Assembly: GCA_024704765.1 (NCBI GenBank)
Contig: JAKMXF010000299.1
Coordinates: forward strand, 940,556 to 1,004,555
DNA length: 64,000 bases
Origin: Oopsacas minuta
Lineage: Eukaryota > Animalia > Porifera
Direction of reading: 5' to 3'
The notes under the pieces are model-generated. The model was not told the DNA's origin and made no database searches. It saw only the letters and a program-made list of their open reading frames with translations. Positions 27,483-37,500 of this stretch are shown piece after piece. How positions within the stretch are numbered: the first letter of the stretch is position 1; the number at the start of each line of letters is the position of its first letter. The translations under genes were made by a program, and so were the position numbers.

Positions 27483-30244
27483 TAGTGATCGACCGGGATC
27501 CTGATTTTAGTCCCGGTCCCGGGGAATATCCATATTTTCTCCAGGATTCCTACCCAGGAATGAACAACTCAAAAGTTGCTAATTGAATACATGCACGTAG
27601 AACGAGAAATATTTTTTATAATTGAATTTTCATTACATATTGTGAAGTGCTGTTTATGAAATGGGAAGCGATTTCAGTTTTTTAAACTTGTATATTATTA
27701 TGGATGGAAATATATGTTTAACTAACATGTGAATTCTGAATTCTGTTCTACTAAGACAACTCATCTAATGAAAAGTAACTATTCATTGTCACTTTCTTCA
27801 CTGTCACGGCTTTGATTTTCTACTTGATAAATGTCGCCATCCTGGTTTGCCTCCACATTTCGATGGTTAATTCATTGGGTTGACTGAATGATTCCGGTGG
27901 CTGTGAAATCTGAGTGTCCCATCCAATAGCTCGCAGATTTTACTTAAGAAATAGTAATTTTTAAGTGTTTGTAGGGAGTAGCCTGAATCGGTCGATTGTT
28001 TGTGATTATTCCAGCTATACTAAATACTCTTTCTGATGTGTAGACGAGCTCACTGGTGGGCAAATATATGTGTATTGCTAAGAAACTTAAGATAGGAAAC
28101 TGTTTTTCAGTTACTTTCCGAAACATAAGACAGTCCCCATCAATGAGTATTCTTTTACAGTTTGAGAAATATTCAGTATATTCTTTCTCAATATCACTTT
28201 TCCCTTGCATACTTACATCTTCCTCATCCTCACTGAGAACACAGTCTTTCCATGGAAATGATCTAAGCTCATTGCCCTCATCCTCAACTGGATCAAGACT
28301 GTTTGGGGTAGGATCAGTTACTTCGGAGTTCCTTCAATCTAGAAAGTCTTTGGCAACACATTTAAGGCTTTGTTTAGCACTTTCAGCATTTTCTTTCTTT
28401 CGGAATAACAGTCCCTTGTATCGTCGATCTGTAGAGTTGCAAATGTGTGGACATCGCTTGTTTCAACGTTGACAAAATGGGCTCTGATATCGCCGCCCTC
28501 TAAATAATTGTGGATGTTTTCTAATAATTTACACTTGAACGTGGCTGTTCCAAATTCATGTACCTGTTCGAGCTCCATTTTCATTCGTTTTGTGATAGGA
28601 ATGATATCTGAAATTGAAACTTGTTCACCTTGAACTAACAAAGTGCAGTGTAAATAGGCTTAAGGAGTATCATTACTTTCGGTATTATATCCCAGTCATT
28701 GGGGGTTAGTTTACAATCTGTGGATATTTTTAGTTGAGCATCATCTCCAACGGCTCAATCACAATTTTAGTTCCTAAGCCCTTTCAAGCATCAAATAGTC
28801 GCTATTTCATCTGGTTTGTACACATAGAATCAAAGATTTTTCAGGAATGTTCATGCTGGATTTTTCTTGAAATAGTATTTTGCCTTTGGTTTGCAGAGTT
28901 TTTATTCGTTTTTTGTGGCGTTGTCTCATCAGCATCACACCACTTTGCTCTATTATCCCATGTTTCACAATGAGATGGAGGATGTGTCACATGCAACCAA
29001 TCGACTGTTGATTTGCAATATCTGAGGCTTTCATTAGGCCTATTGCATTGCCTCTAACAAGGCAATGGATATATTGAAGACTCCAACGTTTTCTATTTGC
29101 TGACAAGACCTTGGCGATGCTTTCTCCAGTATGTGCGCTATCGTAAGGCATACATCGTAGGAGTGCTATCTTCTTTTACCAATTGAAATTAATAGTGTAT
29201 GGTATAACTAATAAATGATCGTTGTCCTTTGCTAGACCAGATATCTGTTGTTATGGAGTATATTGTGACATAATTTTCGTCGAGACTGTTTTATCTTGTA
29301 TTGTACTTGTCTATACAAGTTTGGAATCAGTTTTTGTCGAATAGCCTTTTCTGATCGAACAATAAACCTTTTATTTATATGAGTAATCAATTTCTGTAAC
29401 TGATCATTGCTAACCTTTGAATATGGCAACAAGCCATCACACAGCTACTGCACCAATAGTTATTCACCAAAAATTTGTTCAGGTCTATCTGGATTCCATT
29501 TACTCGATTGGTCATTAGTTTCTGCTAATGTTGATTGTGTTGTTGAGAGTGAGTACACCTCTTTTTTATGTTCCATTTCAACTATCTTTGCTTGTTTTGT
29601 TGCAGCAGTCGCAATTTGCTCATCTTTGGCACTATTATATTCTTCTTTGTGCCGATTATTTAAATGGATCCAAAGTGCTTTAGTCGAGAAGTCTTTTCTT
29701 TCAGCTCACTCTTTTCTTCTACGTACCTTGGTATTTTTGCTTCCAACAACCATACAATTAGCAATAGATGGATTAGTGGGGTTCACAGTGAAATAGGACC
29801 ATACACTCGATCTGGGACGTTTACTCACAATCGATAAGATGCTTAATACGTTTCAAACAAGATAGCTTTAAAATTAGTGTTCAGTCACTTCAGTGTGATT
29901 TACAAAATGTAAGAAATTGTACCAGGGTTAAGTACTTGTATAATTCCTAATTCCTATCATCATATTGGTAAGAAGTCAACGGCTGACTAACTGGGGAAAT
30001 TTGATTGATAGAATCTAATTAGTTAATAATTACGTTTTGATTGTTGGCAGTGTTTTTTGTAATACAACACCGACAATGCGATATTTAGTGTAACTTTACT
30101 ATCTTGCGACTCTTCGCCCTATGGACTAAGTAACATTCACTGGGTGTAGTGGCCCCGATGGGAATAACTTTCTATTGGAAGAGCAATCAATTGATCTACT
30201 TCAATCCCGGTTTTAGTCCCAGTCCCGATCCCGGTCGATCGCTA
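27483..30244 (-). mobile_element. hAT (ZBED4-like) transposon, decayed, inserted into a palindromic MITE
   Basis: TIR TAG(T/C)GATCGACCGGGATC; 8-bp TSD tcagaaag/tcggaaag. Minus-strand BED-finger remnant (~29640-29770), LPYSKV..LIPNLY, HTGESIAKVL and C-terminal SERVFSIAG. Host MITE arms TCAAAARCTATGAGCCC at ~27300 and ~30340. Confidence 0.9.
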
Positions 30245-30479
30245 TCGGAAAGTATTAACAAAAGTGATTAAACTATATTAGTAGGGAATAGGAAATTGAT
30301 TCTCACGAATCTACTTGTGTAATGTATTGAGTCATAGGGCTCATAGCTTTTGAGTGATAGCATCAACAAACAGAAACACACTTTCTTAGCCATCACATGA
30401 ATGTAATCAGATTTAATTTATATTGACCATTATTTCAAATTAGCTCTTGACTTTGTCACTATATACAATTGTGAAGCAG

Positions 30480-31250
30480 TAAACACACTAAGAATACGGT
30501 TTAACCAGGCTTGAAATGCAGCATTTATAAAAATTGGAATTGCGAAACCCATGATGAGTCGCACATTTCAGGCAATTGCTACCCATACTTTGAGTGCTTC
30601 AATATTGCTACTCAGAATTCGGGTAACTCCCTTGAAATTCTACACATATTCTGCTGCCACTATCCTGTTACATGGCTCGAAACCGCAAAACCATATTCAA
30701 ATTGAATCTTGACTATAGTATCTCAACATATAAGTAGCAATATTATCGCTGAAATTCAGAAGATAATTTTTTTTTCAATTCTATGCGATGAAAACAAAGA
30801 TGTGACTATAAGAGAGCAATTATCTATATGTTTGCGCGATGTATTTGGGAACTCTTTCCATGAAGTATTTTACAAATTCGTAAAAGAGCAAATGCATTGA
30901 CTACACAATATCTAAAGTGGATGAAGGAAAGTTTTGTACTTTCACTAGATCAATCATATCCCATCAATACATATCTACTTCCTAGTCTCCCTCAACAGAA
31001 TTAGTGATTGGGCCTTATCTTCAGTAACTAATGCAAAATCAATGCATTTGAAATCGTATGATTTATCATGTTATCTAAACCTACCAAATATATTACGTTG
31101 AGCATTAAAATAACGTGAGTACTATTCACCTTCAATTTTATCATTGAATGTATCCTATTGCAAACAACATATTTCGTGAAAATTTGTCTAATAGTTTGGG
31201 CTGAAATATGGTACATGGCCTACTATATACACGGCTATTTAAGCAAAGAA
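30480..31250 (+). pseudogene. hAT transposase relic of PRKRIR/ZMYM1 type
   Basis: IIAEIQKIIFFSILCDENKDVTIREQLSICLR (30709-30900) matches the SILxDETxDxxxxEQLSxxLR motif of this group. Confidence 0.65.
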
Positions 31251-31304
31251 TTGCAAAATATTATCCAGGCCATTGATTATATTGTGTTTGATCATGAAAG
31301 ATTG

Positions 31305-31933
31305 TAGGTATCATTACAAATTCAACTGTCTATCGGATTCTGCATACGGCGGAGACATCTAGAATATTTTTGAACCCGTTTTCCAAGTTATTTTAACCAC
31401 AATGACGTAATCAAAGTTCATACCCATATATGGTCATTTTTTCATTTTATCAATTTTTCAGCAACTCTCAAAACTTAAACTAATCCTATTATCAAAATAC
31501 CTTCTATTTATTAAATGTTAGTTTAAGTAACCTAATGATGATCTTCATTTTCATAAGCACTCGTTAAATAATCATGTTAGTGATATTTGCTGTAAACACA
31601 GCATTAAATGGTCAATCCTAGAAAATCGAAGAATTCCATTAAAAAATGTATAACACAAATTAAGTCATAACAGTTGACCATTTTTATAAGTTTATCCAAA
31701 TACTGTCTTCTATTCTGTTTTCTGCTAAGTTAATACGAATCATGATTCATTCCATGAGATTTGTGGGTTTTTCGATAATATTGGTATTTATTCGTAAAAT
31801 GATCACCATTATTGAAGGTGAACTTTAATTGCGTCATTGTGGTTAAAATAACTTGGAAATCTGGTTCAAAGGTATTCTAAATATCTTTGCCGTTGCGGAA
31901 ACCTATATACAGTTGAATTTGTAATGATAGCTG
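31305..31933. mobile_element. MITE with ~120-bp TIRs
   Basis: TATCATTACAAATTCAACTG...CCAAGTTATTTTAACCACAATGACG at left and its reverse complement at right. Confidence 0.7.
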
Positions 31934-32763
31934 CAATTCCTCATGATTAAAGAGACTATATATTCAATAGCCCGAAATTATTTTGGCAATTCTTTACTTA
32001 GCTACCCATGTATATAGTAGGCCATGCATGGTATAAAAACTTGAGACTTTCATAGGTTTCGCATAATCATGCTTAATAATTCCTCAAACGCAATTCTATA
32101 ACTACATTTATTTGATAGAGGAAGTTCTTTTAGTTGGTCTGTTAACTTACTATTGGTAACTACAGGAATGTGGTTATTGTTCTTCAACTTTGATTTATGT
32201 TTAATGAAGTGTTAACAAGTTTTATATATTAAACAATAGCACGGAACAGACTCCAAATGCTTACAATGTATCTTTTTTAACACTGAATGTTGCGTTTCTA
32301 GGGAAAAACTTCCTTCAGTCTATGTGTATTTCTTACACTCCTTTAAATTTGATGCTGAACACGAATATGACTGTAATAAGCTTATGAGGAATTCATTTGA
32401 ATTAGGCACCCTGGAAAGATTATTCCACTGATTTTTATTAGGCACTAAGTTTTAACCCCAAGAATTTCTAGTGGTCTAATAGTTGTATACTTTTTCTGTA
32501 TTTCAATGTATCTAGTAGGTAACTTAAACTCATCAACTGTTTTGTTGGAAATGTTGGGGGCCAAACTCTATTAGACTCGGCTAGTTGTATGCCCAGGTTA
32601 TGTAAATTTGCATTTAGTCGTTCTCAATTATCTTTTCCTGGTTATTGTATAATGGTGTAAACTCTGTACTAGAACCATCGTTTTGATTGATTTTGGTAAT
32701 TTATTAATCAATACATAATGTCATTGTTGATCAATTTTCTATCTATATTATCACCATTTTCAG

Positions 32764-33007
32764 GTAAACCATCGGAAACAAATATCTATGCTGATATCAA
32801 TGCTGCATGGCAAGCCCTACGTACTCGATATAATATTCGTCCAGAAGAAGTTATTATTTATGGTCAATCAATCGGCACTGTCCCTACTATTGATATCGCT
32901 TCTACCATTAACTTTGCTGGAGTAATTCTTCATTCCCCACTTCTATCTGGGATGCGTGTTGCTTTTCCTGACACCAATAGGACATGGTGTTTTGATCCTT
33001 TTCCTAG
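32764..33007 (+). CDS. ABHD17: ABHD17-family exon with nucleophile serine ([16 protein letters not shown]...YGQSIGTVP...[27 protein letters not shown])
   Basis: Acceptor ttttcag ends at 32763 and completes the phase-1 Gly codon; GQSIG nucleophile elbow; donor gtaagt at 33008 (phase 2). Confidence 0.95.
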
Positions 33008-35255
33008 GTAAGTTTCCAATCACTGATGAATATGACTTATTCCATAAGTATTATTATGTACTCTCAGTGGTGTCATGCCATATGGGCAGGGGAAGTACTC
33101 GTCTCCCATTACTGCTTTTAATTCCTATTAGGTTTAATTCTGACTAATCTATTGTTCTAGTTTTACACTCATTAAAAGTTAATTATTTTGAACCTAAAGC
33201 CCATCATATACATGCAACTTTGTTGTATATAGCAATTGAGCTTGCATGATAAACAGAGTACATTCAACAATTTTATTTCATGAAAATATTCTTTTTCGCA
33301 CAATTTGCTTATATGAAGGTAAATTGTTGTGTATTGTATAAATATACAAATTTTAATCTATATATTTGTAATCTATAAGTACTTAGTTATTTTCAATTCC
33401 ACCAAGCTTCTCATTTCCGCATTCTTGATTAATTTCCTTCATGGATGATCTTACATTCCATCCCTCCAAGTGCACAGGGTGGCTCCAAAGTTCTGATACA
33501 TAATCACAATTAATATACAACCTTTATCAGGAAATATTCTCAATGATTTACTCTTCCATGACATACCTTATATGTTTCCTAACGAATATTATTCCAATAT
33601 AGTGTATACTATTTCGTAAAAAATTGTGATTGACCATGGAGTCTGAGAGGTCAGCAATTATTGAGTTGCTTGTGGCGGGGAAAAGACCTTCAGAAATTTT
33701 GTAACTGCTGAATATTGCAAAGGATGTAAGACATTTATCTACAGGACGATAAATCAATATAAGGAAACATGGGACACTGTAGGCAAGTAGTGATCTCGTC
33801 GTTCATGCTCTGTAACGATCCAACTCTCAAGAAAGTGGTGCGAGAACGGCTTTGGCTGAACTCACACCATTCGATGAGGAAAATGGCCTTAGGAGCTTAA
33901 TATATCTCGCCGAGCATACAAAAGGTTGTAAATGGGACCTAGGAAGGCGCTCTTTTAAACACAAAAGGTACAATTCCTATTTGGGACGGTGAAAGAAAAG
34001 AGAGTATCCCGGAGCAAGAACCTACTTGCTCTGCAATTTATTGGAGTTCTCGAGAATATCCTTTTCTCAGATGAGAAGGTTCTCACAATGGAGGAGGCTA
34101 CAAATAGTCAAAACGGCAGAGTCATCTCACCTCAGTTTCAGTGATCCCTGATAGTTCAGATACATCAGTCGGATGAAGAAACTGCTGTCGGTTATGATTT
34201 GTGTGGGTCTCTACTGTTGGCCGGACACCACTGCTTTTCATCGCTCAGGAGTGGAAATCAATGCCAAAACATGCCAAGAGCTTGTATTAGAGCCTGTGGT
34301 AAAAGTTCTAAGCCAGACCAAGTTTTCTGGACAGCCATTTCTCTTCCAACAAGATATGCTCCCGCCCATACTGCCAATATGACCCAAGATTGGATGAAGT
34401 ACAATACTTCCAATTTTATTCACAAGGAAGAATGGCCACCATACAGTCCCTATTTAAATCCCATGGGATATTCTGTATGGTCTATCTTGGAAAACAAGGC
34501 TTATTCTGTGTCACACAACACAGTTAACTCTCTAAAGATTTCCTTGTATCGAGAATGGGAGAAGATACCCCCAAGAAACCCTACCACAGTGGTTTAGAAG
34601 CAAAGAATAGACAAAAAATTGATTCCGTATTTGATGGTTTCTTTTCATTTTATATTGTTTAAATGATTCTCATTTAAAATATCTAAGCGATTGAGACTCT
34701 AGAAGCTGTAAAATTTCTTCATCAAAGATGCGAAATATTTATAGGAAAATTGCGGCTTCATGATTTCCAAATTTAGCCACAATTTCAAATGAACCTGTAA
34801 GAGTAATTACATAATCGAATGTTACTAATCTGGTATACTTTATATATTTCGACTATGCTAATTCTAAATATCTTGTTTCCATGCCGTATCTTGTATATAT
34901 TTCGTGAACATAAGATTTCTAAAATCTAGTAAAATCCATACAGAATTTTTACAAAGAGGAATACTTAAAGTGTCAGGAAAAATAAACAACACAAAACAAC
35001 AGCGCAAAATGAATCGGATACACGCATTACGATTCCTAAAAACGTAATCTAAAACCACAAAACCCGAAACAGTGCGCAACCTATAATTTTCAATGATATT
35101 CCATTACAACTTTTCGTTGCTAGGAATTCCCATTGTAGCATACTCCAACAATGGAATGAAATAGTATTGTATTTCGTTCTTGAAATTTATCATAGCGACT
35201 TATATATATAATCTACTGAATAATACAACATGTTTTTCGGAATTTCTTGAAAACA

Positions 35256-36685
35256 ATGACAGAAGAGTTAACTTTCCCAAAGGCCCGCCTCGAATTGGCA
35301 AGAATCCTGAAAGACAATAATAATTGTATCTTGAAAACGACAAAATATTTCAAAGAACACTTTGAAATAGACTCTGATAATACAAAACTCTTGGAAACGT
35401 TGCTGTTAAGAATTCGGAACAGAGTCAAGAAGGCGAAGAGATCTTTAGATTGCTTAGAAGGAAAATGGTGGCATTCTAGCATTTCCATGAAACCTGAGTT
35501 AAAGAAAAATCATGTTTCTGATTTACTAGAGTCGTCTTCTGATGATGGTGAAGTTCCCATTCATTCAGTGAGTCATAGGAAGCATCTTGATGATCTCTCT
35601 CTGCAACAACAGCGTACTCGATTGTCAAGTCTGCTAGAATGCATTAAGTCACTCTCAGTTATTGAGAATACTACAGAAATAAGCATTACAGCACTCTCAT
35701 TACAACTATTGGCAAATGAGGAGAATAATCGTCAGGTTGCTACGGTAGCCAGAGAGATTATTGTCAGTGGAGGATTCTGTAACCTCAGTAACAAGCATGT
35801 TCCAGTTGATAAAGCCTTATTCCTGCTGGATTTACTTGAAGTGGGCAGACGAAAATACACTCAACTACGTCAAACACTTCTACCAGACGATATACATTTC
35901 CCATCTTACAGCAAGCTAGCTAATCTGAGAGATGTCATGATTTCGCGATCCAGTATAACTTCATATCCTAATCCAGCTAAACCAATAGGTATACACGCAC
36001 CATATTGTCTTCAAGTTCAGAAAACCCTGGAAAGAATATTATCAATGGTAGATCGCCCCACAAGTGAAGAATTCCCACTCACATTTAAAATCGCAGATGG
36101 CTTAGATGGTTCTGGTTGTCACACTATCTACAACCAGCAGACAACTAATACTTTCACCAAAAACTTCATTCTGTTTTGTTTCAAGCCCATCTCCATCCAC
36201 ACTGTAACAAACAGGATTGTTTGGCAGAATAAATCCCCTAATTCACCCTTCTCTCAAAGACCTATTTTTCTCTGCGCTGCGACAGAATGCGAAGAAAATA
36301 TTCGTTCCTTCATGGAGACTATGATTAATCCCGATACAGCGATGTTGCAAAATGGGATTCCTTTAGAAAATGGTGTTGTCAATGTCGATATTATCCGCTC
36401 AATGTTTGATGGGAAGATGGCAGCCATTCTCTCTGGAGCTGGAGGAGCCAGTTGTCAGATGTGCACTGCCACACATAAAGATTTGAAGGACCGGAATTTA
36501 GTTCTTGAAGGGTTCCCCATCAACAGAAATATCACAGATGCAATCGAGTTATTTTCGCACATTGATGACATTGAGTCGTTCTTTGCTCTTTCGACTAATG
36601 AACGCTTCAATTTAACTCATCAACCAATTTCAGAGATTAACATACATCCGGCATCTCCACTTCATTCATACACAGGCGTATTTAG
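35256..36685 (+). CDS. RAG1-like/Transib transposase exon 1 (NBD-like, DDBD-like, first two catalytic Asp, zinc-binding CxxC)
   Basis: ATG 35256. HRKHLDDLSLQQQRTRL..LLANEENNRQ is similar to the RAG1 NBD. Also GLDGSG (D at 36105), PNSPFSQRP, MFDGK (D at 36408), CQMC and SPLH; ends at GC donor AG|GCAAGT. Confidence 0.92.
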
Positions 36686-36749
36686 GCAAGTAATCTAGTA
36701 CTCCATTAACCATTCAGAATTTGTCTTCACATAATTAAACCAATTTTAG

Positions 36750-37500
36750 GTGGTTCAATTTGCTGGTATATCATCTTCGCCTCGAAAAGTTTACCTGGTC
36801 CCCAACTTCACCAGTCATCAAGGAGTCAATGAAATTCCTTCAAACATTTATTCAGGAGAAGACAGGATTAAAGGTTGACCAGCCTAATTCTAGCGGTGGA
36901 ACCACCTCAACAGGGAATGTTGCTAGAAGAGCCTTTTCTGATGAAACTGAATACCTTGAATGCATTCTATCAACTGTAGCAATACAATATCGCCCAATCT
37001 TATCAAAGATACATACTCAGCTTTCAGCCATTCTTCGGGTTTTCAATTCAAGTCACAAGGTTAACACTTTGGAATTGGGGAAGTGGTGCAAGGATACCTA
37101 CCTTGTCATCTTAGATTCTTTCCCCTGGGCTAGCATGACTCCAACCCTGCACAAGCTCTTGGCCCATTCCGAGGAGTTAATACATGAGTCGAATTCTAGC
37201 TATGGCTTAAAGGCATTTTCAGAAGAAGGCACAGAATCATGCAACAGATTAGTTAGAAAATATCGGGAGAATTTAGCTCGTAAAGTTAGTTTTGAGACCA
37301 ATATTATGGATATCTTCATCAGATTAACTTCTCAAAGTGATCCAACCTTAGTAAACTATCGAAGAATTTTGACTTGTGAACGATGTGGTCAATCTGGACA
37401 CACAACGAGATCTAAATGCTGCAATGCTATGAACAGTCAGAAAACTAGTGTACAGACTTTATTCACGACTTTAACCTCCAATACAGATTACCTATCATGA
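36750..37500 (+). CDS. RAG1-like/Transib transposase exon 2 (zinc-binding His pair, catalytic Glu, C-terminal Cys/His tail)
   Basis: Acceptor ttttag ends at 36749. Motifs TGNVARR, TPTLHKLLAH, SEEGTESCNRLVRKYRENLARK (E at 37234), DIFIRL..SDP and CERCGQSGHTTRSKC; stop TGA at 37498-37500. Spliced product is 726 aa. Confidence 0.92.

Noticed and set aside
34611-34619. ACAAAAAAT as a true RSS nonamer (ACAAAAACC)
   Set aside because: Sits 19 nt from the heptamer rather than 12 or 23, has two mismatches and has no counterpart at the right end.
34592-35255. RAG2-like partner gene inside the RAG1-like element
   Set aside because: Only ~660 bp (5') and ~370 bp (3') of non-coding space; short ORFs there show no kelch/PHD features.
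36690-36749. Canonical GT donor at 36690 for the transposase intron
   Set aside because: Out of frame with the 36749 acceptor; the alternative AG at 36717 gives a 28-nt intron followed by TAA.
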